From Sphingomonadales bacterium (GTDB lineage: Bacteria; Pseudomonadota; Alphaproteobacteria; Sphingomonadales; Sphingomonadaceae), in NCBI GenBank assembly GCA_034668385.1, contig JAXDPL010000077.1, positions 3,330-67,329 of the forward strand: 64,000 nucleotides of DNA, read 5' to 3'. Shown piece by piece: positions 21,588 through 31,266 of this stretch. The first letter of the stretch is position 1; each line of letters opens with the position of its first letter. The notes below the pieces were generated by a model, which ran no database searches, had not been told where the DNA came from, and saw only the letters and a list, made by a program, of their open reading frames with translations. The position numbers and the translations under genes were made by a program.

Positions 21588-23234
21588 ATGGCGACTCTTG
21601 CACCGCGCGGCGTCGGCCGCGCACGGATCAAGTCGCTCGACGCGATTCTCGCGACGGCGGAGAAGAAATCGCTCAAGCGCTCGCTCGGCGCTTTCCAGCT
21701 GACCCTGCTCGGCATCGGCGCCGTCATCGGCACCGGAATCTTCGTTTTGACCGCTACCGCCGCCCAGAAGGCGGGGCCGGGCATGATGATCAGCTTCATC
21801 ATCGCCGGCTCGGTCTGCGCGGTTGCGGCGCTCTGCTACGCCGAGCTCGCCTCGATGGTCCCCGTCGCGGGATCGGCCTATACTTATTCCTACGCGGTGA
21901 TGGGAGAGATCGTCGCCTGGCTGGTCGGCTGGGCGCTGATCCTCGAATATGCGCTCGGCGCGAGCGCGGTGGCGGTCGGCTGGTCGGGCCATATCGTCGG
22001 CCTCCTGAACGACATCGGCATCACCTTGCCCCATGCCCTGACCGTCGGTCCCAAGATCGAATGGGGCTTCCTGCAGGGCGGCGAGATCGGCGGCCTGGTC
22101 AACCTTCCCGCCGTCCTGATCGTCGCCTTCGTCACCTCGCTGCTGGTGATCGGGACGAAGGAAAGCGCGACGTTCAACGCGGTGCTGGTGGTCATCAAGG
22201 TCGCGGCGCTCACCCTGTTCGTCGCCATCACCCTCCCGATGATCAGCGGCCACGCGCAGAATTTCCACCCGTTCACCCCGCGCGGCTGGGGCAGCCCGCT
22301 GAGCTCGACCGGCACCGGCGTGCTTGGCGCGGCGGCGTCGATCTTCTTCGCCTATGTCGGCTTCGACGCGGTCTCGACTGCGGCGGAGGAGACCAAGAAC
22401 CCGCAGCGCAACGTGCCGATCGGGCTCATCGCTTCGCTGCTCATCTGCACAATCTTCTACCTGCTCGTCGCCGGCGGCGTGATCGGCTCCTACGGCGCCC
22501 AGCCGCTACTCGACCCGAACGGCATCCCGTTCAAGGAGGGCTCGCCCGAGCTCTACGCCTCGGCCGCCTGCCACGCCGCCAACGCGCCCCTGGTCTGCTC
22601 CAAGGAAGCTTTGGCCTACGTGATGCGCCAGGTCGCCAACCCGACGCTCGGCAACATCATCGGCCTCGCCGCGACCATCGCTTTGCCGTCGGTCGTGCTT
22701 CTGATGATGTTCGGCCAGACCCGCATCTTCTTCGTGATGGCGCGCGATGGCCTGCTCCCCAACAAACTCTCCGAGGTCCACCCGCGGTTCCGGACGCCCT
22801 GGATCGTCACCATCGTGACGGGTATCTTCGTCGCCATCGCCGCCGCCTTCCTGCCGGTCGGAACGCTCGCCGATTATTCGAACGCGGGGACCTTGTTCGC
22901 CTTCGCGGCGGTGTCGGTCGGGGTGATGGTGCTGCGCTTCACGGACCCGGGCCGCGTGCGGCCGTTCCGGACGCCCTTGCTGTTCGTCGTCGCGCCGCTG
23001 TCGATCCTTGGCTGCCTGCTGCTGTTCTTCAGCCTCAACATCGAATCGAAGACCATCTTCGCGGTGTGGACGGGGATCGGCCTGCTCTTCTACTTCCTCT
23101 ACGGCTACCGCCACAGCCACGTGGCGCGCGGCGTCGTCGAGGTGCCGGAGCTGTCGCCCGACGCGCCGCCGTCGGTCGGCATCGGTCCGCTGCCCGGCGC
23201 ACCGGAGCCTGGCTCGCCGGAGGAAAGGGCGTAA
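21588..23234 (+). CDS. APC family amino acid permease
   Basis: GIGAVIGTGIF, AGSAYTY, FFAYVGFDAVSTAAEE. Confidence 0.93.
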   Translation: MATLAPRGVGRARIKSLDAILATAEKKSLKRSLGAFQLTLLGIGAVIGTGIFVLTATAAQKAGPGMMISFIIAGSVCAVAALCYAELASMVPVAGSAYTYSYAVMGEIVAWLVGWALILEYALGASAVAVGWSGHIVGLLNDIGITLPHALTVGPKIEWGFLQGGEIGGLVNLPAVLIVAFVTSLLVIGTKESATFNAVLVVIKVAALTLFVAITLPMISGHAQNFHPFTPRGWGSPLSSTGTGVLGAAASIFFAYVGFDAVSTAAEETKNPQRNVPIGLIASLLICTIFYLLVAGGVIGSYGAQPLLDPNGIPFKEGSPELYASAACHAANAPLVCSKEALAYVMRQVANPTLGNIIGLAATIALPSVVLLMMFGQTRIFFVMARDGLLPNKLSEVHPRFRTPWIVTIVTGIFVAIAAAFLPVGTLADYSNAGTLFAFAAVSVGVMVLRFTDPGRVRPFRTPLLFVVAPLSILGCLLLFFSLNIESKTIFAVWTGIGLLFYFLYGYRHSHVARGVVEVPELSPDAPPSVGIGPLPGAPEPGSPEERA

Positions 23235-23237
23235 GGG

Positions 23238-23262
23238 AAGGGGAGCTTCGGCTCCCCTTTCT
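23238..23262. terminator. Hairpin terminator between convergent genes
   Basis: AAGGGGAGC-TTCG-GCTCCCCTT followed by TCTATTT. Confidence 0.7.
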
Positions 23263-24256
23263 ATTTCAGCCGCTCGGCGACCAGCGCCTTGAGGTCCGCC
23301 TCGGGACGGGCGCCGTAGTGGGAGATCACCTCGGCCGCGGCGATCGCGCCCATGCGCAGGCTGTCGCGGTTGGAGCGGCCCTGGCTGAGGCCGGTGAGGA
23401 AGCCCGCCGCGAACAGGTCGCCGGCGCCGGTCGTGTCCACGATCTCGGCGACCGGTTCCGCCGGCACATCGACCCGCGCGCCGCCTTCGACCGCGACCGC
23501 GCCCTTCTCGCTGCGGGTGACGACCAGCAAAGGCACTCGGCCCGCGGCGGCCGCGACTGCGGCGTCGAAATCCGTCTCGCTGGTCAGCGACAGGATCTCG
23601 GCTTCGTTGGCGAACAGGATGTCGAGCCGGCCGCTGTCGATCAGCGCATTGAAGCCGTCGCGGTGGCGATCGACGCAGAAGGCGTCCGAGAGGGTGAAGG
23701 CCACCTTGCGGCCGGCGCCGTGGGCGAGGTCGATCGCCCGCTCCATTGCCGCGCGCGGCGTCTCCGGGTCCCAGAGATAGCCTTCGAGATAGAGCATGCC
23801 GGACGCCTTGACCTGATCTTCGTCGATCGCGTCGGGGGTGAGAAGCTGGGCGGCGCCGAGGAAGGTGTTCATCGTCCGCTGCGCGTCGGGGGTGACGAGC
23901 ACGAGGCTGCGCGCCGTCGGGATGTCGCCTTCGCGCGCCGGCGTGGTGAACTCGATTCCGAGCGAGGCGATGTCGTGGCGGTAGACCTCGCCCAATTGGT
24001 CGGCGGCGACCTGACCGACGAAGCCGGCGCGGCCGCCGAGCATCGCGACCCCGGCGGCGGTGTTGCCGGCCGAGCCGCCGCTGATCTCGCGGCCCGGGCC
24101 CATCCGGCCGTAGAGTCGGGTGGCTTCGTCCGCGTCGATCAGCCGCATGGCCCCTTTGTCGAGCCCCTCGGCGGCGAGGAAGGCGTCGTCGGTCGCGGCG
24201 ATCACGTCGACGATGGCGTTGCCGATACACAGGACGTCGAGGCGGGTGTCGGTCAC
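23261..24256 (-). CDS. Adenosine kinase (PfkB family)
   Basis: IGNAIVD, SGGSAGNT, DTTGAGDLFAAGF. Confidence 0.9.
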   Translation of the reverse strand: MTDTRLDVLCIGNAIVDVIAATDDAFLAAEGLDKGAMRLIDADEATRLYGRMGPGREISGGSAGNTAAGVAMLGGRAGFVGQVAADQLGEVYRHDIASLGIEFTTPAREGDIPTARSLVLVTPDAQRTMNTFLGAAQLLTPDAIDEDQVKASGMLYLEGYLWDPETPRAAMERAIDLAHGAGRKVAFTLSDAFCVDRHRDGFNALIDSGRLDILFANEAEILSLTSETDFDAAVAAAAGRVPLLVVTRSEKGAVAVEGGARVDVPAEPVAEIVDTTGAGDLFAAGFLTGLSQGRSNRDSLRMGAIAAAEVISHYGARPEADLKALVAERLK

Positions 24257-24399
24257 GGAATGGTCTCGCATGTCGGGGAAAGCGCCGCCCCTAGCCGGGC
24301 CGCTCCGTCCCGGTCAATCGGGTGCGCCGGCCGGGCTTGCATGGCGAACCTTCCTCGGCTTTGACGATCTCCGTTCCGGGTTGGGCGAGGAGAGCGAAT

Positions 24400-24777
24400 A
24401 TGGCGGCAGGGGCGTGGCGGGCGGCACCCCTCCTGATGCTCGCGGCCGGCTGCGCGGCCTCGGGGGTCCGTCAGGCGCCGGAGGTGCGGCTCTCGGCGGC
24501 ACCGGCGCCTCGCTACAATCCGATGGGCCTCGAGAGCGTGATCGGCCGCACCGCGCGCTTCCTGGAGGGCGAGTTCGGGCGGCCGAGCCTCGACATGCGC
24601 GAGGGCCCGGCGCGCAAGCTGCAATATTCGGGCGCCGCCTGCGTCCTCGATCTCTACCTCTACCCGCCCAAAAGCGGGGGCGACGCGATCGTCACCTGGG
24701 TCGACGCCCGCCGCCTCGACGGCGCCGTCTTCGACCGCGCCAGCTGCGTCGCCGCGCTTCAGAAGAAAGCGGAATGA
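24400..24777 (+). CDS. Hypothetical lipoprotein
   Basis: Lipobox LAAGC; FGRP...REG.ARKLQY....CVLDLYLYP; GAGGAG RBS. Confidence 0.75.
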   Translation: MAAGAWRAAPLLMLAAGCAASGVRQAPEVRLSAAPAPRYNPMGLESVIGRTARFLEGEFGRPSLDMREGPARKLQYSGAACVLDLYLYPPKSGGDAIVTWVDARRLDGAVFDRASCVAALQKKAE

Positions 24778-24778
24778 T

Positions 24779-24968
24779 TCCTCCCCGGAACGGGGAGGGG
24801 AACCAGCCATAATGAGCAGGTCGCCATGTCCCCCGGACATGGCTGGACAGTGCGGTGCACGGTCCACCGGCTCATGGTGGAGGGGGGTCCGCATCTCCGC
24901 CGCCTCAGCCTCGGGGCCCCTCCACCACCGCCTGTCGGCGGCGGTCCCCCTCCCCGTTCCGGGGAGGA
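24779..24968. repeat. Family A variant repeat carrying an internal 64-nt T-shaped module
   Basis: TCCTCCCCGGAACGGGGAGGGG...GGTGGAGGGG...CCCCTCCACC...CCCCTCCCCGTTCCGGGGAGGA; about 65 nt longer than the sibling at 35247. Confidence 0.85.
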
Positions 24969-26014
24969 GCCTTGAGCCGCGTCAGTGCCCAGCTCGCCGC
25001 CTCGGCGACGACCGCGTCTTCATCCTCCGTCAGCCGCTCCAGCACCGGCACCAGCGCCGCCTCTCCGCTGTTCCCGGCGGCGATGGCGGCGTTTCGCACC
25101 ATCCGGTTCCTCCCGATGCGCTTGATCGGCGAGCCGGCGAAGATCCTGCGGAAGGTCGCGTCGTCGAGCGCGAGGAGGTCGCCGAGCGCCGGCGCCGCCA
25201 GCTCGGCGCGCGGGACGAAGGCCTGGTGGCGCCGGGCGGTGTCGGCGAAGCGGTTCCACGGACAGACGGCGAGGCAATCGTCGCAGCCGTAGACGCGGTT
25301 GCCGATCGCTTCCCGGAATTCCTCGGGGATCGGTCCCTTATGCTCGATGGTGAGGTAGGAGATGCAGCGGCGCGCATCGAGCCGGAACGGCGCCGGGAAG
25401 GCGTTGGTCGGACAGGCGTCGAGGCAGGCGGTGCAGCTGCCGCAATGGACCGGGTGCGGCGCGGGCTCCGTCGCCAGTTCGAGAGTCGTGTAAATCGCGC
25501 CGAGGAACAGCCAGCTTCCGTCGGTGCGGCTGACCAGGTTGGTGTGCTTGCCCTGCCAGCCGAGCCCCGCCGCCTCGGCGAGCGGCTTCTCCATCACTGG
25601 CGCGGTATCGACGAACACCTTGAGCTCGCCTCCCGCCTCGGCGACCAGCCAGCGCGCCAAGGCCTTCAGCGCCTTCTTGACCACGTCGTGATAGTCGGCG
25701 CCCTGGGCGTAGACCGAGATCCGCCCGCGATCCGGCTGCCCCGCCAGCGCCATCGGGTCGGCCGAGGGCGCGTAGCTCATGCCGAGCGAGATCACCGTGC
25801 GGACTTCGGGCCACAGGCCGACAGGCGAGGCGCGCCGGTCGGCTGTCTCGGCCATCCACAGCATGTCGCCGTGCGCTCCGTCCGCCAGCCATGCGCGCAG
25901 ACGCTCGCCGGCCCTGGGCGCCGCGTCGGCGGACGCCACGCCGAACGCGCAGAAACCGAGTTCGCGCGCCTTTTCCTCCAGCCTGTCGCGCAGGGCGGGC
26001 TTGCTAAGGCTCAT
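24905..26014 (-). CDS. queG: tRNA epoxyqueuosine reductase
   Basis: [39 protein letters not shown]. Confidence 0.95.
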   Translation of the reverse strand: MSLSKPALRDRLEEKARELGFCAFGVASADAAPRAGERLRAWLADGAHGDMLWMAETADRRASPVGLWPEVRTVISLGMSYAPSADPMALAGQPDRGRISVYAQGADYHDVVKKALKALARWLVAEAGGELKVFVDTAPVMEKPLAEAAGLGWQGKHTNLVSRTDGSWLFLGAIYTTLELATEPAPHPVHCGSCTACLDACPTNAFPAPFRLDARRCISYLTIEHKGPIPEEFREAIGNRVYGCDDCLAVCPWNRFADTARRHQAFVPRAELAAPALGDLLALDDATFRRIFAGSPIKRIGRNRMVRNAAIAAGNSGEAALVPVLERLTEDEDAVVAEAASWALTRLKAPPRNGEGDRRRQAVVEGPRG

Positions 26015-26054
26015 CGCCCCCCCTAGCACATCCCCCTGCAAAAAGGGGTGTTTC

Positions 26055-26993
26055 GTGACCTTAGCGATCGAGGCGAGGGGCCTCTACAAGGCCTTCGACG
26101 GCAAGCCGGCGGTCGACGGCGTCGACATCGCCGTGCCCGAAGGGACGATCTACGGCATCCTCGGCCCGAACGGCGCCGGCAAGACGACCACGCTCAGGAT
26201 GCTGCTCGGAATCATCGATCCGGACCGCGGCACCCGCACCCTGCTCGGCCATGAGCGGCCGCTCGAGGCGGCCGGGATGGTCGGCTACCTCCCCGAGGAG
26301 CGCGGCCTCTATCCGGCGATGAAGACGAAGGAGGCGGTGGCCTTCATGGGCGCGCTGCGCGGCCTGCCGCTGTCGGTGGGACGGGCGCGGGCGGAGGGCC
26401 TGCTCAAGGAGAACGGGCTCGGCGACTATGCCGACAAGCCGATCAAGAGCCTGTCGAAGGGCATGGCGCAGACGGTACAGCTGTTCGGCACCATCATCCA
26501 CCGGCCCAAGCTGATCGTCCTCGACGAGCCTTTCTCGGGCCTCGACGCGATCAACCAGGGCCGGCTCGAGACGTTGATCCGCGAGGAAGCGGCGGCCGGA
26601 GCGACGATCATCTTCTCGACCCACGTCATCGCCCATGCCGAGCGGCTGTGCGAAAGGATCGCGATCATCGCCGGCGGGCGAATCCGCTTCGAGGGCAGCG
26701 TCGCCGAGGCGCGCGACCGGCTCGAGCCGCAGGTGCGCCTGCGCACCCGGGCGGACGACGGCCCGTGGCGCTCCGCTCTGCCGAAAGGGGCACGGCGCGA
26801 CGGCGGCCTGTGGCTGTTCGAAATGCCGCGGGGCGGGATCGAGCCTTTGCTCCGCGCCCTGCTCGACGGCGAAGCGGGGATCGAGGAGCTGTCGATCGAG
26901 CGGCCCGGGCTGCACGAGGCGTTCGTCGCCATCGCCGGCGAGGAAGCGGCGCGGGAGATGGGTACGCCGGCCCCCGGAAAGGAAGCGGCATGA
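26055..26993 (+). CDS. ABC-2 transporter ATP-binding protein
   Basis: [35 protein letters not shown]. Confidence 0.93.
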   Translation: MTLAIEARGLYKAFDGKPAVDGVDIAVPEGTIYGILGPNGAGKTTTLRMLLGIIDPDRGTRTLLGHERPLEAAGMVGYLPEERGLYPAMKTKEAVAFMGALRGLPLSVGRARAEGLLKENGLGDYADKPIKSLSKGMAQTVQLFGTIIHRPKLIVLDEPFSGLDAINQGRLETLIREEAAAGATIIFSTHVIAHAERLCERIAIIAGGRIRFEGSVAEARDRLEPQVRLRTRADDGPWRSALPKGARRDGGLWLFEMPRGGIEPLLRALLDGEAGIEELSIERPGLHEAFVAIAGEEAAREMGTPAPGKEAA

Positions 26994-28204
26994 TGGGGAC
27001 CTTCAAGGCGGCGTCGGTCATCGCCCGCCGCGACTTCGACGCGACGGTGCGCTCGCGCACCTTCGCCATCTTCCTGCTCTTCCCGGTGGTGATGATCGCG
27101 ATCTCGGTCGGCTTCGGAACGATGAGCGCCAAGATGGAGCGTCAGGAAAACAGGCCGCGCATCGGCGTGATCGCTTCGGACGCCGATTTCGCGCCGATCG
27201 CCGCGGCCCGCGAGCGGCTGCGGCCGGCGTTCCGCGAATACGACCTTCCCGAGCTGGTCCGCGAGACCCCGGATTACGACGTCAACGATCAGGCGAAGAC
27301 CTTGCTTTCGTCGGCCGACAAGAGGCTGGTCGGCGTGCTGAGCGGTGGAGTCGCCCATCCCCGGCTGACCGGCGCGCTCGACCGCGACGACCGGCTCGTC
27401 CACCAGGTCGAGGCGATGATCGCCAAGGCGCGGCAGGATTCCGCGCTGGCGGCGGCCCATGTCACGCTGCCCGCGGTCGCGGTCGACCTGGTCAAGACGG
27501 AGCAATCGGCCGGCGCGCTTGCCGCCGATCGGGCGACGACGGCCCGCGCCGGGCAATGGCTCTTGTTCATGGTGACGGTGCTGCTCGCCAGCATGCTGCT
27601 TTCCAACCTCGTCGAGGAGAAATCGAACAAGATCATCGAGGTGCTCGCCGCGGCGATTCCCGTCGACGCCATCTTCTTCGGCAAGCTCGGGGCGATGCTC
27701 GCGGTGTCGCTGACCGGGCTCGCGGTCTGGGTCGGCTCGGCGGTGATCGCCGTCCATTTCCTGCCCGGCGGCGGCGCGGGGCTGCCCGAGCCGGCGGTCG
27801 GCTGGCCGCTCTTCCTGGCTCTCGGCTTCCTCTATTTCGGAATGAATTATCTTCTGCTCGGGGCCCTGTTCCTCGGCATCGGCTCGCAGGCTTCCTCGGC
27901 CCGCGAGGTGCAGTCGATCTCGATGCCGGTGACGATCGGACAGGTGATCATCTTCTTCTTCGCCACCGCCGCCGCCGGAGCGTTCAACAGCCTGATGGGC
28001 ATTTCGGCGGCGATCTTCCCGTTTTCGTCGCCGATGATGATGATCGCCCGCGCCGCCTCGACCCCGGAGCTGTGGACCCACGCCCTCGCCTTGCTGTGGC
28101 AGGCGGCGTGGGTGTGGATCATCGTCCAGTTCGCCTCCGCCTTCTTCCGCCGCCACGTGCTGAAGTCGGGCGGCAGCGCGGCGGCGGCGTTCGGGCGGGG
28201 GTAG
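26990..28204 (+). CDS. ABC-2 transporter permease (NatB-like)
   Basis: EEKSNKIIEVL, FFGKL, multiple TM segments; ATGA overlap with the ATPase gene. Confidence 0.9.
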   Translation: MMGTFKAASVIARRDFDATVRSRTFAIFLLFPVVMIAISVGFGTMSAKMERQENRPRIGVIASDADFAPIAAARERLRPAFREYDLPELVRETPDYDVNDQAKTLLSSADKRLVGVLSGGVAHPRLTGALDRDDRLVHQVEAMIAKARQDSALAAAHVTLPAVAVDLVKTEQSAGALAADRATTARAGQWLLFMVTVLLASMLLSNLVEEKSNKIIEVLAAAIPVDAIFFGKLGAMLAVSLTGLAVWVGSAVIAVHFLPGGGAGLPEPAVGWPLFLALGFLYFGMNYLLLGALFLGIGSQASSAREVQSISMPVTIGQVIIFFFATAAAGAFNSLMGISAAIFPFSSPMMMIARAASTPELWTHALALLWQAAWVWIIVQFASAFFRRHVLKSGGSAAAAFGRG

Positions 28205-28209
28205 GCTCT

Positions 28210-28332
28210 AATCCTCCCCTCGTTTTCGAGGGGAGGGGGACCAGCCGAAGGCTGGTGGAGGGGCCTTTCGTAGATCCGCCCCTCCACCGCGCTTCGCGCG
28301 GTCCCCCTCCCCTGCGAATGCAGGGGAGGATT
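28210..28332. repeat. Family A palindromic repeat
   Basis: AATCCTCCCCTCG..CGAGGGGAGGGGGACC...GGTCCCCCTCCCCTGC..GCAGGGGAGGATT between convergent genes. Confidence 0.9.
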
Positions 28333-28701
28333 TTACTCCGCCGCCGCCGCTTGCTGGTACAGTTCCAGCTTCACCCCGTCGCAGTCGAGGATCCAGGCGA
28401 AACGGCCGTAATCGTCGTCCTGGCGGCCGAGTATCTCGACGCCCTTGGCTTCGAGCGCCGCGACCAGGCCATCGAGGTCGTCGACCCGAAGGTTGATCAT
28501 GAACGGCTTGTCGCTGGGGCCGAAATAGTCGCTGTCGGGCTTGAAGGCGGAGAGCAGGCCGAATCCGTCCGGCGCGCGGGAGTAAGGAAGCATGATGCCC
28601 CACTCGCCGCCGAGGCCGAGCGTTTCCGCATACCATTTCTTGGTCCGCTCGGGGTCCGCCACCTTGTAGAAGATGCCGCCGAGCCCGATCACTTCAGCCA
28701 T
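28333..28701 (-). CDS. VOC/glyoxalase family protein
   Basis: IGLGGIFYK..DP....WY, MINLRVDDLD, YGRFAWILD..G.KLEL. Confidence 0.88.
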   Translation of the reverse strand: MAEVIGLGGIFYKVADPERTKKWYAETLGLGGEWGIMLPYSRAPDGFGLLSAFKPDSDYFGPSDKPFMINLRVDDLDGLVAALEAKGVEILGRQDDDYGRFAWILDCDGVKLELYQQAAAAE

Positions 28702-29449
28702 TGATTTCCTCCGCCGCCTGTTTGAGTGCCCGCATGGCGAGCCGCCAGGGCCCGCCCGCATGGCTGATCCGGGCGACGCCGAGCTCGGCCAGCCGATCGG
28801 CCGGCGGAGCGCCGATCATCGCCATGATGTTGATTGGAAGCGGGCTCGCCGCGCAGGCGCGGGCGATCAGCCGCTCGTCGACGAGACCCGGCAGGAACAG
28901 CCCCGAGGCGCCCGCGCCCGCATAGGCCCGCCCGCGCTCCAGCGCGGCGTCGACCAGCGCCTCGCCGTGCGTCTCGCGCGGCGCCTGGAGGAAGAGGTCG
29001 GTTCGGGCGTTGATGAAGAAATCGGCACCAACCGCCTCGCGCGCCGCCCGGATCCGCTCCGATTGGGCTTCGGCCGAATGGAGCCCGCTGCCGCCGACGA
29101 CCTGGTCCTCGAAATTGCAGCCGACCGCGCCCGTCGCCTGCAGCCGGGCGATGTTGGCGGCGACGCCTTTGGGTTCCTCCGCATAGGCCCCTTCGAAGTC
29201 GATGGTGACCGGGAGCTCGACCGCATTCGCGATCCGCTCGGCATTGGCCAAAGCGAGATCGAGCGGCAGCGCCTCGCGGTCGTCACAGCCGTGCGCCATC
29301 GCCACCGAGTAGCTGCCCGTCGCGATCGCCTTCGCGCCCGCCTCCGCGACGACCTTGGCGCTGCCCGCGTCCCACGCATTGTAGAGGATCAGCGGCTCGC
29401 CCGGTCGGTGAAGGGCGGCGAAGAGCCTGGCCTTGTCTCCCTGCGTCAT
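28694..29449 (-). CDS. Isocitrate lyase/PEP mutase family protein
   Basis: LYNAWDAGSA, IATGS, NFEDQ, FINARTDLF. Confidence 0.9.
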   Translation of the reverse strand: MTQGDKARLFAALHRPGEPLILYNAWDAGSAKVVAEAGAKAIATGSYSVAMAHGCDDREALPLDLALANAERIANAVELPVTIDFEGAYAEEPKGVAANIARLQATGAVGCNFEDQVVGGSGLHSAEAQSERIRAAREAVGADFFINARTDLFLQAPRETHGEALVDAALERGRAYAGAGASGLFLPGLVDERLIARACAASPLPINIMAMIGAPPADRLAELGVARISHAGGPWRLAMRALKQAAEEING

Positions 29450-29472
29450 GGCGCAGGCGTAACAGTTTCGCG

Positions 29473-30147
29473 TTAGCGCGTCACCGGTCGCGTCGAGACG
29501 ATTCGGCCCGCCGTGTCCGTCACCACTTCGAGCAGGCGCCCGGCGCTGTCGCGGACCTGGCGCACGGTCTGGCCCGAGCCGTTGACACTCTGGTTGACGA
29601 CCGTCAGCCCCGATCTGGCGAGGTCGAGCACCTGGCCGGTCCGCAGCGCCGAAGTGGCGATGCCGCCGACCGTGCCGACCGCGTTGTTGGCGACTCCGCC
29701 GACCGTGTTCACCGTATTGTCGACCGTGTTGAGCAGGCCGGCGACCAGCTGCGGGTTCGAGTCCACGGTCTGCAACGTGCGCTCGATGATCGACTTCACA
29801 TTGTCGAGGCGCACGATCAGGGTCGCGGTCGCCTGCACGCCCTTGATGTCGAGCTTGACCTTGTCGATCGAGACGTCGGCGCCGGCGGTGAGCTTCAACA
29901 GGCTGCCGAGCCGTGCGTCGAGGGCGATATGGGCCTGGAGGTTGTCGACCTCGAGGGTGATCGATTCGACCGACAGATTGGGGATGTCGAGCAAGACGTC
30001 CGGCTGCTGCCCTCCGGACGAGACCTGCTGGGCGAGCGGCGTCGACTGGCCGGCGCGGCTGTCGTTGCGGCGGCTCTGGGCGTCGGCCGGCGCGAAGGCG
30101 AAAGCGAGCGCGGCGACCGCGCCCGCGGCAAAGGCAAGATGACGCAT
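29473..30147 (-). CDS. Secreted hypothetical protein, beta-strand rich
   Basis: Signal peptide (APADA-Q); PDVLLDIPNLSV...VRLDNV; AGGGAG RBS. Confidence 0.8.
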   Translation of the reverse strand: MRHLAFAAGAVAALAFAFAPADAQSRRNDSRAGQSTPLAQQVSSGGQQPDVLLDIPNLSVESITLEVDNLQAHIALDARLGSLLKLTAGADVSIDKVKLDIKGVQATATLIVRLDNVKSIIERTLQTVDSNPQLVAGLLNTVDNTVNTVGGVANNAVGTVGGIATSALRTGQVLDLARSGLTVVNQSVNGSGQTVRQVRDSAGRLLEVVTDTAGRIVSTRPVTR

Positions 30148-30178
30148 GTGAAACTCCCTGTTGGTCGGGAGCGAAACG

Positions 30179-30466
30179 TCAGCGCGGCGGCGGAGTTTCC
30201 GAGTCCGTCCGATTTTGGGCGGGCTGGGCGAGCGAGGCCTGGGCGTGGATGTCGATGGTGACGTTGCGAAGCTCCCGCCGGCCCTCCGGCCTGGGCTGAA
30301 CGTTGGCCTCGACGCGGCTGCCGGCGTCAGGCTCGGCATGGACCGCCAGCCTCGCCTCGCCCTTTTGCTCGATCGTCACCCTTTTGGCTTTGAGATGGAC
30401 GCTGAGCTCGATGTCGGGCGCCGGAGCGGGCGCGGCCGCCTGGAGGAGGGCAAGGAGCGGCAGCAT
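30179..30466 (-). CDS. Small secreted hypothetical protein
   Basis: MLPLLALLQAAAPAPAPDIEL...; start overlaps the LytTR gene stop (TGATG). Confidence 0.7.
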   Translation of the reverse strand: MLPLLALLQAAAPAPAPDIELSVHLKAKRVTIEQKGEARLAVHAEPDAGSRVEANVQPRPEGRRELRNVTIDIHAQASLAQPAQNRTDSETPPPR

Positions 30467-31266
30467 CAGTGGACGAACCTCGCCACCACGTCGCGGTACG
30501 ACCGGCTCACCTTCACCTGGCTGCCGCTCTCCAGGACCAGGAAGCATTCGCCGTTGGTGTGCGGCTTGACCTGCCGCACCTGGTCCAGGTTGACGATGCA
30601 GGAGCGGTGCACGCGCTGGAAGCGGCGCGGGTCGAGGCGCTTCTCGAGGTCCTTCATCGTCTCGCGGAGGATCAGGGTGTTGTCGCCGGTGTAGATGCAC
30701 ATATAGTCTCCCGCGGCGTCGATCTTCTCGATCGAATCGACGTCGACCCGGAAGATCTGGCCGCGATCCTTGATGTTGATGAGCTTCTCGTAGCGGTTCG
30801 AGGTCGGCGCCTCCTCGAGCGCTCCGACCTGGTCGGCGGCGTCCGGCGCCACCTCGGCCAGCACCTCCTTCAATTTGCCGGCTTCCTCGGCGCTCCTTTT
30901 CTCGGAGAGACGGAGCCGCACGCGGTCGAGGGTGTCGGCGAGGCGGTCTTCCTCCACCGGCTTCATGAGGTAGTCGACGGCCTGCGCCTCGAAGGCGCGG
31001 ATGGCGTGGTCGGTGTAGGCGGTGACGAACACGAAGAGGGGCGGCTCGACCTCCATCAGGCCCTGGATAACCGAGAAGCCGTCGAAGCCCGGCATCTGGA
31101 TGTCGAGGAAGACGAGGTCCGGCTTGTGGGTCTTGATCGAACGAATCGCCTCGCGGCCGTTCGAGCAGGTGTCGACGATCTCGACGTCGTCATGCTTGTC
31201 GAGGCGGAGCTTGAGGCCCTGGATGGCAAGCGGCTCGTCATCCACGAGAATCGTGCGGATGGTCAT
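30466..31266 (-). CDS. LytTR family response regulator
   Basis: VDDEPLA, FLDIQMP, C-terminal FQRVHRS.IVN..VSRSY. Confidence 0.95.
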   Translation of the reverse strand: MTIRTILVDDEPLAIQGLKLRLDKHDDVEIVDTCSNGREAIRSIKTHKPDLVFLDIQMPGFDGFSVIQGLMEVEPPLFVFVTAYTDHAIRAFEAQAVDYLMKPVEEDRLADTLDRVRLRLSEKRSAEEAGKLKEVLAEVAPDAADQVGALEEAPTSNRYEKLINIKDRGQIFRVDVDSIEKIDAAGDYMCIYTGDNTLILRETMKDLEKRLDPRRFQRVHRSCIVNLDQVRQVKPHTNGECFLVLESGSQVKVSRSYRDVVARFVH

